Shown here: one piece after another, positions 27,110 to 39,466 of the stretch
Position numbering within the stretch: the first letter of the stretch is position 1
Layout: each line of letters starts with the position of its first letter
Origin: Octopus vulgaris
Lineage: Eukaryota
Reading direction: 5' to 3'
Length of the DNA: 64,000 nucleotides
NCBI GenBank assembly: GCA_951406725.2
Contig: OX597830.1
Location: forward strand, 38,440,001-38,504,000
Program-made: the position numbers and the translations under genes
Notes under the pieces: model-generated
The model's database searches: none
Seen by the model: the letters and a program-made list of their open reading frames with translations, nothing else
What the model was told of the DNA's origin: nothing

Positions 27110-28935
27110 TACTTTCAGCATTTTGATAATAATGATAATAATACGGGCAATTCAAATAGAAATAATATCAGTAATGAAGATAATAATTATGTCTATAACA
27201 GTAATGACCATTCAGATACAAATATAAGCAATAATAATAACAATACCAATAACGTGGGTAATTGTGATATCGCTATTGTAGATCTAAATGATAGTGTAAA
27301 CGGACCGATAAATAGTAGCCCAACTTCAGATAATAGTATTACCTATAATAACGAAAATAATACTCATAATAATTTGAATAACAGCAATATGAGAGATCTA
27401 TCCTTAAACAATTCTAAATCTGAAAATTATCCCCATAGTTGCAATTGTAGGATTAAGTCTAAATGTCCGGCATCTGGTCGGTGTGGGGTCCATAATGTAA
27501 TCTATAAATGTACTATAACAACTTCGAATAGTAAATTTTTTTTATTTAGGCTGTACGATAAATTTTAAGCAAAGAAGTAGCAATCATCTTTTCTCTTTTA
27601 AGTTAGATCATTAAGCTGGTTGCACCACACTTTCCAGTAAAAATTGGGAGCTCAAAACTAATAATATGAAATATAACCTAAAATGGGAAATAGTTAGAAA
27701 GGCAGTACCTTATAAGAATAACAGGGTGTGTTGTCAACTCTGTTCCATGGAGACATATGAGATTCTAAAGCATAGAAGGGATAAAAATCTACTGAATAAC
27801 CGTATAGAATTAGGTTAATCTTGTATTCACTCAAAAATCAAAACTCTAAAATATTTTAAATAGAAATAAATAGAAATTTATAGGTTCTCCCACTGGTGTT
27901 CTTTCTAACTGTACCTTTTTAATATAAAAAAATAAGTAGTATTTGTACTATGCTAACTTTTCATTGCCTTTATAGTCAATTTAATTAACCTTACTTAAAT
28001 CATATAAATTTGCTAAACTTTCTTAATTCTATTCTAAATTTAATATGTTATACTATTCTCATAAGGATACATTTAATTTCCACTATATTCCTGAATAAGT
28101 AAAATCCCCCTACTAATTGCTATTGAATTTATTTGACCTCTAGATTTCGACGTAAATTATTTCTTACAATATATAAACAAAAGTTAAAAGAGAAACAATA
28201 ATAAATAAATAACCCTCTTTTCTAGTCTTATCCTTAACTTTCTTACTGTATCTTCCTCTACTGATAACCTATGACCCCTTTAATACTTTCCTTTGATCTC
28301 TCTGTGCTCTTTACCCCACCATTAACTCTGTGAGGCTCTAAGTTCAGAGCCGGTGGTGGTCAAACCTACCGTTCCTTTATAAATTCAAGATTTCTTCAAC
28401 ATTGACCTAGATTTTCTGTCACCACAGAAAAAGACTAATCTTCTTCTGTGGCACTCTTATTCCCTCTTACTCATCCACTCCTTTCCTCCCATAATGTCCT
28501 TTATTTCACTAAACCTACCTCGCTAAATTTCTTACTACTACTAAATTCTGTCTGCAACAGTTAGATGTGAACTGAACCATTGTGTTAACAACACCTTTCC
28601 TCATGTTACCAGTAATTTGTATCAACACCTTTATGGTAGGATTTACCTCCTCTGAGAAGTTAATAATCATTTAAAATATTTTTTAAAAACCTGTGCATTG
28701 TTGGAAAACATATAAAGTCTGCTTATTACTTTACTTCAAATTCATAGAACTTACTCTGAATACTTCATTAGGATATTTACACTCTCTAGGATGTTTGGAA
28801 AACATATATGTGATTTAGCTGACGAATACTTGACATTATATTTGCTGTAATAGTTGCAGCTTTAAATAAACATGTTCTTAGTATGAAACAATTGTACTAA
28901 ATTACTGATCCATTCTTGTTACTTTTTTCTTGGTT
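27110..28935 (+). mobile_element. 5'-truncated Penelope-like element (Cys-rich linker, GIY-YIG domain, long 3' region)
   Basis: CNCRIKSKCPASGRC..NVIYKCTIT, then after a frameshift LGCTINFKQR.SNH..SF, TTLSSKNWELK, LKWEIVRKAVPY, CQLCSMETYEIL and LLNNRIEL. Hammerhead at the 3' end. Confidence 0.87.
28810..28905 (+). ncRNA. Type I hammerhead ribozyme motif, apparently intact
   Basis: GTGATTTAG-CTGACGA-ATACT...AGTAT-GAA-ACAATTGT-A-CTAAATTAC. Stem I 9 bp (one G.U), stem II 5 bp plus extension, palindromic stem III, cleavage triplet GUA (cut predicted after 28896). Confidence 0.85.
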
Positions 28936-28969
28936 ATATATATATATATATATATCTATATATATATTC

Positions 28970-29056
<87 letters not shown>

Positions 29057-29066
29057 AAATATGTGT

Positions 29067-29929
29067 ATGTGTGAGTGAATGTGTGTTAACAGTATTATGT
29101 TTGTATTTAATATATATATAGTAACTTGATAGCTTTATATTAGCATAGAATGTGAGTTATTTTTAACTATGCTGTAGAATAATCTGAAACATTTACTAAC
29201 TCGGTTCCTCTTAGACTGCAGTTTCTTTCTGTTCAGCAATAAAGATAATTTAATTTGCTCAGGGAGAATTCATCGGTAAGAGCCCTGTTGTTCTGAGATC
29301 CTAACTCACTAGAAGCATGTGCTTCTAATGATTTACTCTCTCTAACTAATCAGATCACTGCGCAGACTCAGAACGTCCCGACAAAACTAGGGATTTCTGG
29401 TATATCGTCTAGCGCTCAAAATTTATCGAGAAATATGTAAACAAGTCAAATTGCGATAAAATAAAAATAATTTTTATCGCTGGTATTTCTAGCACAAGCC
29501 ATATATTTTTCATATATCAGTACATTAAGGCGAAATATGTGCTAGGAACACAGAAGCTAGACAAATTTAGTGAAATGAAGATAAAAACATTTACTAACTC
29601 GGTTCCTCTTAGACTGCAGTTTCTTTCTTTTCAGCAATAAAGATAATTTATTTGCTCAGGGAGAATTCATCGGTAAGAGCCCTGTTGTTCTGAGATCCTA
29701 ACTCACTAGAAGCATGTGCTTCTAATGATTTACTCTCTCTAACTAATCAGATCACTGCGCAGACTCAGAACGTCCCGACAAAACTAGGGATTTCTGGTAT
29801 ATCGTCTAGATGTGTGAATGAATGTGTGTTAACAGTATTATGTTTGTATTTAATATATATATAGTAACTTGATAGCTTTATATTAGAATAGAATGTGAGT
29901 TATTTTTAACTATGCTGTAGAGTAATCTG
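29067..29929. repeat. Permuted local duplication A-B-C-B'-A'
   Basis: A 29067-29186 matches A' 29810-29929. B 29187-29412 matches B' 29585-29809. All direct orientation with a few differences. Confidence 0.92.
29237..29275 (+). other. Candidate 39-nt exon (duplicated as 38 nt at 29635-29672)
   Basis: TACTAAC branch-point match at 29194-29200, tttctttctgttcAG acceptor, TCG|GTAAGA donor. One open frame NKDNLICSGRIH. Confidence 0.3.
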
Positions 29930-30889
29930 CAAATACGTATGTTTCTCAATCAAATATGTAACTCGAAAACAAAATAAGTATAAGAAAGCAATTATTATGT
30001 AAATGTCGAAATCAATTATCATATATCACGTTCTTTTCTCTATGATCCCCATTAGGTTGAAGCCAACTACTGATACCAAAGGTTATAATGTTTTTATTTC
30101 AGAAGTCTTATTCTCTCAAAATTTAAAATGCTCTAAACATTTTGTGTTGATAACTCACATTAAATTGTGTGATAACCTATTGAAATTTAGAGATTATTTT
30201 CATCTCTCAATAATATCACTGCAAATTTATATCCATTTACAAGATACAAAGCAGCTTTATTGTTTGTGATTTATTTGTTTTAATTTTTATGTTCTGATTT
30301 TACCATTCTCCGTTCGAGTTGATCAACTAACTTTACTTTGGAAATCTATATTTCACTTACTGACTTCATATTACTTCTGTTATCTTCTTAGCTCAGGGAA
30401 ATAACTTGGTGTCAATATAAGTATGAATTGATTTACACAGTATGGTAAAGATGCAGAGTTCAAAACAAAGTTCAATCGCTCTATTAAAAATAAATGTATT
30501 TTCTTTCAAGTTTCGAAAAGTTTAGGAGATACCGAAATCTCTTTAGATATCTGCTTAACATACCTTCAGGTTCAAAAATAGAAAGTTGTTTTCTAGAAAC
30601 ATCATATAAAATATACCAAGTTTTAAATTTACGTTAGCAAATATCATTTTATATACCACAAGGAACATGATAGTAAATAGTGATCAAAATAAGCAATGAT
30701 CTGCATAAATATGTTATAGAGGATAAACGCACAAATGTCTCGCTGAAGATTCACGGGACCTAGTTGTCTATGTGTATCATAGAAATACCGACTTGCTTAG
30801 CTGTACATACTTGTGTGACGGTTAATATGCCCAATTTAATGAGAATACATAATCCTAACAACATTACTTCTTGTCCAACGAAGATTCAA

Positions 30890-31790
30890 TTGCTACTCAA
30901 TTACACATAATAATCAAGGGTTTTGCAGTCTGTGGACTTAAGAGGTCAGATGTTAGGGGTGATGTGGTCGTAGAATTTGTCTGACACATATGACTTGGTT
31001 CTCCTGCTTGTGCGGCATGGTGTAGAGTCCTGTTGCCAGAGATAGGGTCTTCCGGTAGCCACACTCTTGATCTAGAGCAATACTATTTCCTCCAGGCACT
31101 CACGGTGTTGAGTTTGGGCAGTGTGGGAAGATTAATTGAGGCATAACGTCGCCATCACTAATGATCAATCCAAACACCATGATGTTGACTGGATGTCTGA
31201 TTTTTATCCCTCTCGGGACATGTTTTGGTGACATGGTAAGACAATGGTTGTTCTGTGCGTTCACTATCTGATCCTGGCAGAAATGGTTGAGTTTGTTCAA
31301 AAGCTTCGTAGTGCGGTCTTTCCTATTGTCCTTCATAGCTAGGGAGAAAAATCGATCCCTTTCACATCGTGTATCAGGAATACCGAATGTCTTCATGTCC
31401 TACCTGTCTAATATGAAAATCAGACACGCCCATATCCCTGGCAATGATTGACTTGCAGGAATGGTTGTCAATCATGGCCTTGATCTCCCAAACAAATTCA
31501 AGAGTTCTTAACTTATCAGAACAATCAGACTGAGTTTTCCGAGATGCTGTAACATCGTAATCACCATTAGACACATCCATGCATTGACCTCAGATCGACC
31601 CCTAAACACTATGAAATGCCGAGTGAATTGCGTCATGGCGCAGAGTTAATTGCGTCATGGCGCTATTGCTCTCACAGACGGTGTTCAACTGACCTTATTG
31701 TATAGTAGAGTAAAACAATGAAAAGAAACAAATACGTATGCATGAAATAAAAAATATATATAATGGCGACAATTTATCCATCGCAGACAC
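30890..31790 (-). mobile_element. Degenerate Tc1/mariner-superfamily element, same family as 1-708
   Basis: Minus-strand fragments KLLNKLNH, QDQIVNAQNN, IRHPVNIMVFGLIISDGDVMPQLIFPH and RPYLWQQDSTPCRTSRRT. Confidence 0.8.
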
Positions 31791-31801
31791 ACGCGCGCGC
31801 G

Positions 31802-31837
<36 letters not shown>

Positions 31838-32130
31838 CACTTAGTATGAGTATATATTGTTGTGAAATATATTTTAATTTTAATTTTTATGTATTAATTG
31901 CATTAATCGAATTATGTTTTCTATATAATTAATGACAATATGCATTTGAATCAACTGTTTGATTTAAGGTTTTTCCTCGATTTTTATAATTTATATGGAA
32001 CTCATTTACTTTGTTTACTTTGTTTATCGCTTGCCTAAGACCGTTATTTGAAAGGACCAATGAAACAAATCCATTTTTAAAGGTGTATCCTTTAGCTAGT
32101 TTTGATCAAATTGTTATTTCGGTTCTATTT

Positions 32131-32185
32131 TAACAAAACTGTCCGACGAACGGGAAAGTGAAACTCCGAGTAACAGCTTTTGTTA
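32131..32185 (+). ncRNA. Hammerhead ribozyme motif with mutated core, in a short non-coding repeat (about 32030-32282)
   Basis: TAACAAAACTGT-CCGACGA-AC(gggaaa)GT-GAA-ACTCCGAGT-A-ACAG(c)TTTTGTTA. Stem I 12 bp with one bulge, triplet GUA, U4C substitution, 2-bp stem II. Confidence 0.65.
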
Positions 32186-32398
32186 TATTTCTGCTGCTTT
32201 TAAGTAAAGCATATTACTCCACATCTGGTATTTGAGTACTCTTTTTTCCACCATGTTTCACTTTTATGTGCTTACTCCGATATATACCTGTTTGTGTCTG
32301 CCTTCCAATTGCTGTTTTTACTGAGATCTCCCTTTTTAGTAGAAGAAATAGCTATAACTCTTTGACTGCTATTTCTAAATTCGGTATATATAAGGCAA

Positions 32399-32700
<302 letters not shown>

Positions 32701-33902
32701 GAATGTGTGTGTGTGCTTGTATGTGATCTATTGTGTTACTCCACTTACACTTTTCGGACGGCTGCTAATGCAACATAAATCTATTTTATGGGTAGGTAAT
32801 AAGTATATGTTTTGTGTTTGTTCGGTACTGACCCTATCCACAATCACGTTTCACTGTTCAGATACACGCAAATAATTTGCCATATTCTTTTAATAATCCG
32901 AGGCTAAAAATATAATCGAATATCGGTAGGATTCCTCACCGTTTATAATAAGTTCTTTCCTAGAAGCAGTCAATTAATAAAAGCGTTTTTTTTTTTTTTA
33001 CATAAGCACCGGTTTAATACCCCCAGCTAAGACAAGCAGACGGCTATATAGCACACTGTATGCTGTATGCCATTAATAATGTTTTCTAAAATAGATATGA
33101 TGCTGGATATATTTTTATGAAGAATATATATTCGATTATTTCATCCCCGGTAGATGTAATTAATTATCTTACCAAAACTAGTAGTGAAAGTCAATTCCGA
33201 CGTGATATAATTTCTAGTCCGATGGAAAAATGAATTACATCAACTGATTTTCGTAACCTATACTTTCATCATCATATTTACAACATGAATTGTTTGTATT
33301 TATCGAGAATCATTCGTATATTTAATGTTCCGTACTTCAATGACTACATGTATATAATAACGTGTGAATTAGAAAATATACTGTGGCGCATCTCTCTACA
33401 GCACGTTATGTCTCATTGATTTATATACTGAGTTGAGATCTAACTGCACACAACTATACTAGCCATGTCTAATAAATAACATAAATATGTCAGTTCATAT
33501 TGATAGGCAATATACAGTAGACTTTTGTTACATCATTGGCATATAATGGAGTGGAGCATGTTCATCGATTGTTAATAGATTGTTAATAAAGTGTTAATAA
33601 ATGCCTTGGACCTGAAACCTAACGCATTACCTAATTTCACTTTAAAATTCCGATATGATATTCTGACTTCAATCTTGAGTAATATGCAAATCTATACAGT
33701 TCTGTATTTAAGAGATGAGGAATTCTGTACATTATTTACGTTATTTACATTATTTACATTCGACGGATATTTGTCCACATCTTGTTTGTTGTTAACACAA
33801 CTTTTCGGTCGATATACCCACCAGCCTTCTTCAGGTGTCTTGCAGAAATTTTGAACATGGGTTCTCATTCCTAAGGTATCTTTTCACTCCATAATTCCCC
33901 AT

Positions 33903-33976
33903 GGGCATATGGCGTAGTGGTTAAGAGCGCGGACTACTAACTCCAAGATTCCGAGTTCGATTCAAAGGAATGACCT
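33903..33976 (+). promoter_or_regulatory. tRNA-derived SINE head with Pol III A and B boxes
   Basis: A box TGGCGTAGTGG (33910-33920), B box GAGTTCGATTC (33953-33963), anticodon-like loop CTACTAA. The acceptor stem is not intact. Confidence 0.8.
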
Positions 33977-34100
33977 GAACACTAATAATAATAATGATAA
34001 TGATAATAATAATATTAATAATGATAATAATAACAACAACAACCATAACAACATCGAAAAATACCTTAGGAATGAAAACCCAGGTTCGAAATTTCCCCAA

Positions 34101-34146
34101 GACACCTGAAGAAGGGTGGAGGGTATATCAGCCGAAACGTTGTGTT
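34101..34146 (+). ncRNA. Minimal type I hammerhead ribozyme motif in the SINE tail
   Basis: GACAC-CTGAAGA-A-GGGTG(gagggtatat)CAGCC-GAA-ACGT-T-GTGTT with palindromic stem III ACGT. The antisense copy (33794-33839) has GGCTG, so the two-copy consensus gives a full stem II GGCTG/CAGCC. Confidence 0.75.
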
Positions 34147-36393
34147 AACAACTAAAAGATGAGGAGAAATATACGCCGAATGTAAATAATGTAAATAATG
34201 TATGCAAATCTATATTAGAAAGTAATGCATTTAGTAACTTTTGATTAAGCAAATTAATAAAGTTTTTATAGATGTAAGATATTCGGCAAATTTATTTTAA
34301 ATAGAGATCTTGGTCCGGATGGTTTTGATACACAATATTCAAAGGGTAACACGCCACTAACGGGAAATAAGTAAAAAAAAACCATGTGTGTAGAATATTA
34401 TATGGCATTCTATTCATATACTACAATGCTGCTGAACTGGTGAGATCCATAAACATTATAGCTATCTTCCCAACCACGTCATCAATTCATGGCGCAAGTA
34501 TAATGGTATCAGAAATTATTAATCAGTCATATCAAATAGAATTATCAAATTAGTCATTAAAATGTAAAGGAGATAATTCGCTAAAACTTTGCTGCCTCTA
34601 GTACCTCAAGCAGAATCCTTCTTTGACTTTAAATCGTAGTATGTTTTACATAAATTCAATCACCCAAGAAGTTACGATCTGATTTTGTAGCGTATTCACA
34701 ATGAAGCGCAATGCTCAGGGAATTTCCTACCAATGTAGATAGATTTTCAATTTCAGTTTGAATATTATATATTAATATATCTTGAGCGGAATGTTAAGTA
34801 TGACAGGAAAGGCACAGCGTATGATTAAGAAAAGAAAAAAAAGCAAATGGATTTCCCTTTAGACAAGGCAGCAACAACCTAGATGGTCAAAGAGTGAGAT
34901 ATCGATATAGTAGCGAGAGAACACAATGGCAAAAATTTCGCATTGTTGGAAAAGAGTTGTAGTTTGCTAAGGCATGCGATTTTGCTTATGAAGCATATCG
35001 TAATGTTCTAAGTATGATGTAGACTCCAGCGCCCACCTGGACCGTCTCAACGCCCACTGGGGGTGGGGGTAGCGCCAAATTTGAGAACCTTTGATGTAGA
35101 GTATATGTGTAGAGAATTAGCCATTGCACAGCTACAGGTGTAGAAATAGAATTCAATCAATCCCATTGCATAAAGTCAGAAAGTCAGTAATTGATTACGA
35201 GGGATCCATATCTGGAAATTTCGGGGAAAGTTCGATGTAAATTAATAATTCATGAACATATACAAGCACAACAAACACAAGCATATGTAGTATTGACAAT
35301 AAAAAATGAATAAAATATATAGCATGGTGAAAATATGCTGTCTTAGCTACATATGCTAATTTATGCAAATCACATTTAATCACGTTTAAATATACGTTAG
35401 TGTTCTTGAACTTATCCGGATCCATGTTTGAAATTAATTGAATAGCATTCATCCATAAGATTAAATTACTCATATTCAAAATACATGGTAGAAATTATGT
35501 TGAAAATTATGTGCAAATTTAAATATATTTTATTGGCTTCCAGAACTTGCAAAAACTTCGAAGTCGTTTTCATTGATTAAATGAGGCTCAAAATTTGTGT
35601 TACTTGTGTGAGGTTCAAGTTTTGAAACTGTTCTCTATGCGCGTGAATGTTACAAATAAAGGAGGATTTTAATATATTTCAGTTTTTTAATGAATAATTT
35701 TAACCATGCAATACTCAAATTATCCATTTATTTGGTAGTTAGTATTTACAGAGAATTTTCCTGCGGTACGAATACTAATCTGTGTAGCCCGCCAACATTT
35801 TCGTCTGTGACTCAAGAGGCTGGAAATTTTATTGAAGGTGAATATGTTTTCTAGAATACGCGTTTCTTAAATTTGAACGTAATAAGTGTGTGTGAGTGTG
35901 TGTGCACATGTGCGTGTACATGCATGGATATGTGTAGTGTGTGTGTGTATGCGTACGTGCACCTGTGTGCATTTTCATATAGTCATAACACTCTAGGAGA
36001 ACCAGTTAATATTCACATAAAGGGGTTGACGACTGAGGTCAGTTGAGCTACTTTAAGTAATATCTTACTCCTCCAAACTCCCCTATCCTCACCTCAGTGC
36101 CCACCATAATTATCCAGCATCCATTAAAAAAAAACACATTTACCAGCGTCGTGCATAGCTTTGGTCTAGCATAATATCTATTATACTGACCGACGACCGG
36201 ACCACTACAACTTGTTGAAATTGTAAAAATTGGATAATTGAGCATCAATAACTTTCCAAAGTGCCGTTGGAAAAACGATGAATATGTCTCATCTTTTGAT
36301 TATAATGTATTTTAATCTTTGTCTAACGATATATGTATTTCTATCTATCTATCTGTCTCTTTATCAATCTATCTATCTATTTCTCTCTCTCTC

Positions 36394-36438
<45 letters not shown>

Positions 36439-36769
36439 AAAAATAAAGGTGGAAAGTTGGATATTAATTTAATAATACCATCCTATTTAACACCAAGTGG
36501 CTTAGCGCATAAAAAACCAGGGTATAATAAAAATTTATATACACATATATAAGAGAGTGACCACTATATGGTCGACTCTGGCGCTAAAAATAGATCTGCT
36601 GTGTTATTAACCACTAAAAAAATTTTTTGTGGTTCATACCACAAAAAATTTCTTAAAATATCTTGTCAGCCTTGTCAGCCATGGACATTCCAATATAAAG
36701 AGATGTAGACGAGATATTTTTATGCCTATAGTTCTAATGTCCACGCTAGATCAGTGCTTTTCTTTGTGT

Positions 36770-36950
36770 TCAAGGATCTACTATTTATTTCATCGACCGG
36801 GAAAAGATGGACGGCGAAGTCAAGCCCGGTAGATACTGACCACAGAGCATAAACACCGACTAAATCACCTCAGCATCTTGGCTAGCGTGCTAACGATTCT
36901 GCCACCTAGCAACTTAAAAAGCTTCAAATTTTGGCACAAGTCCAGCAAGA
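36770..36950 (-). mobile_element. Decayed Nin/Deu-type SINE
   Basis: Degenerate match to 10250-10372 (ATCGACC.G.AAAGATG.A.GGC.AAGTC...GCGTGCTAACGATTCTGCCA). Confidence 0.6.
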
Positions 36951-37021
36951 GCTTAAATTGTAAATATTTTAAATGGTAAACATTTTGTCCGTTATGCTAC
37001 CGATACTGACAGCTCGCTGCC

Positions 37022-37022
<1 letters not shown>

Positions 37023-37091
<69 letters not shown>

Positions 37092-37105
37092 TAATAATAA
37101 TACTG

Positions 37106-37154
<49 letters not shown>

Positions 37155-37173
37155 CAACAACAACAACAATAAC

Positions 37174-37210
<37 letters not shown>

Positions 37211-37224
37211 TTAATAATAATAAT
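37023..37224. repeat. (AAT)n microsatellite
   Basis: Read directly from the sequence. Confidence 0.95.
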
Positions 37225-39353
37225 TACGTTCAAGGCATTTACTGCAGTGATATCACAAAGGCTGAACACGCACCTGGACGAAAACAAACTGTTCCCAGAA
37301 GAGCAGAAAGGATGCCCCAAAGGCTCATATGGCTGTAAAGATCAACTAATTATTAATAAAGCCATAACTGAAGACAGCCACAGAAAGAAGAAAGGCCTCA
37401 GTATGGCCTGGATTGACTACAAAAAGGCGTTTGATAGCATCCCCCACACATGGATCCTCGAAACACTAGCCATTAACAAAGTAGCACCAACAATCATAAA
37501 ATTCATAGAGCACTCTATGAATAAATGGCAAACAGTCCTACACCTCCAAACAAAAGAGGGACTCATGAAAACCAAAGACATCCCCATTAGAAGAGGAATA
37601 TTCCAGGGAGACACGCTCTCTCCACTCCTTTTCTGCTTGGCACTGTCACCTCTATCTGATATGCTAAATAGAACTGGATGTGGATATAAATGTTACGGCA
37701 AAACGATCAGCCACCTTTTATATATGGATGACCTAAAACTATACGCTGCAAATGACAAACAACTGGAAACACTATTAAAGACGGTTCATGGATTTACCAA
37801 AGAAATAGATATGAAATTTGCATTAGAAAAATGCGCCAAAGTAACCATGAAAAGAGGAAAACTAGTTAAGAGTAACAACATCACACTAGATAAAACCAAT
37901 GAAATAAAAGAATTAGACCAAAGCCAAACTTACAAATACTTAGGAATCCATGAACTAGATAAGACACAACACACACAAATGAAAGAGAAAATAAAAAAAG
38001 AATAGTATAGACGAGCTCAATGCTAAAAACAAGATAATAGGTATCAACACTTTAGCTGTCCCAGTTATAACTTACAGCTACAATATCCTTAACTGGACAC
38101 GAAATGAACTGACCAAAATAGATAGGAAAACAAGAAAAATAATGACAGGATCTAGATGCATCACCCAAAATCTGACATAGAAATACTATATATACAACGT
38201 ATAGAAGGTGGTAGAGGCCTTATACAGCTGGAAAACTACTATAAAATAACCACCATAGGACTGCAAAAATATCTACTTCAAAAGGAAGGAAAACTAATCC
38301 AGATAGCGGCAAAACACGAGCAAAACAAAAAACTGTTCTCAGTATTTAAGGAAGCTGACAAATACAAACAAGAAATCATACCACCTAATAAACATGAAGA
38401 AGAAGAAGATGAAGATGAAGAAACAACAAAAGCTATAAAACAAATGAAATCCAAACTAAAAATAGAACAGCAACGAACCATGATAAAACGATGGCAAGAA
38501 AAGCCCCTTCATGGTAAATACTGGACTAAACTAAACGCAAAAGAAATAGACGAAGAAAAATCCCAGCAATGGTTGAGAAGCTCAATACTCAAAGCAGAGA
38601 CAGAGGGAATTTTAATTGCAGCACAAGACCAAAGCCTCCCACCAGAAATTACCAAAAACATGTAATGAAAAAAATATTACAAGTAACTGCAGAATATGTG
38701 GAGATGGACAAGAAACAATAAATCATATTATCTCTAGCTGCCCAGTCCTGGCTAAGAAGAAATATATTCACAGACATGACAGAGTTGGAACCTACATACA
38801 TTGGAAGCTATGCCAACATTATGGAATAACAACAGAAAAAAGATGGTATAGGCACACACCAGAAAAGGTCACAGAAAACGAGAAAGCAACCATACTCTGA
38901 GATATGCCGATACACACAGATAGAGAAATTAAGGCCAACAGACCAGATATAGTTGTCAGAGATCATGAAGAAAAAAATGCTTTCTAATTGATGTATCAAT
39001 ACCGGCAGATGACAACGTGTCTCTAAAAGAAATGGAGAAACTCTCAAAATACAAAGACCTGGAAATAGAGGTAACTAGAATGTGCAATCTGAAAACAGAA
39101 ACAATTTCTATCATAGTAGGTGCATTAGGCATGATAAAAAAATATTCAGACAAATACATAACAAAAACACCAGGACTTACAAACACATATAACATACAGA
39201 AAATTGCACTAGTAGGCACTGCACACATCCTACGCAGAACACTTTCCATACAATAACCATCAGAGCATCACAACAAATCACAGCACATACCCAAGGCACA
39301 CAGAGCTGCGCTCGGTAGTGAAGTGAAAGCACGCTATAAAAATAAAACTACTG
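37225..39353 (+). mobile_element. 5'-truncated R4/Dong-clade non-LTR retrotransposon (RT, CCHC finger, restriction-like endonuclease)
   Basis: EEQKGC, AWIDYKKAFDSIPH, GIFQGDTLSPLLF, HLLYMDDLKL, CRICGDGQETINHIISSC, HRHDRV, RPDIVV and KLSKYKDL. Several frameshifts. (TAA)n on both sides. Confidence 0.93.
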
Positions 39354-39396
39354 AATAATAATAATAATAATAATGATGATGATGATGATGATGATG

Positions 39397-39464
<68 letters not shown>

Positions 39465-39466
<2 letters not shown>

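Larger units (their letters stand above)
33697..34200 (+). mobile_element. Composite insertion: inverted tail copy plus tRNA-headed SINE with hammerhead tail, flanked by a 14-bp TSD
   Basis: TATGCAAATCTATA at 33683-33696 and 34201-34214. Arms 33728-33885 and 34056-34200 are reverse complements. tRNA-like head at 33903-33976. Confidence 0.88.

Noticed and set aside
33903-33976. Functional tRNA gene
   Set aside because: The acceptor and T stems do not pair, there is no oligo-T terminator, and it is fused to a repeat tail, so it is a SINE head.
35016-35101. hAT MITE with an 8-bp TSD (ATGTAGAC/ATGTAGAG)
   Set aside because: Only one TIR-like end (TTGAGAACC) is visible.
36969-37338. Poly-N/I/L and YIYI ORFs here and throughout the track
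   Set aside because: They are translations of (AAT)n, (TA)n and (TATC)n microsatellites.
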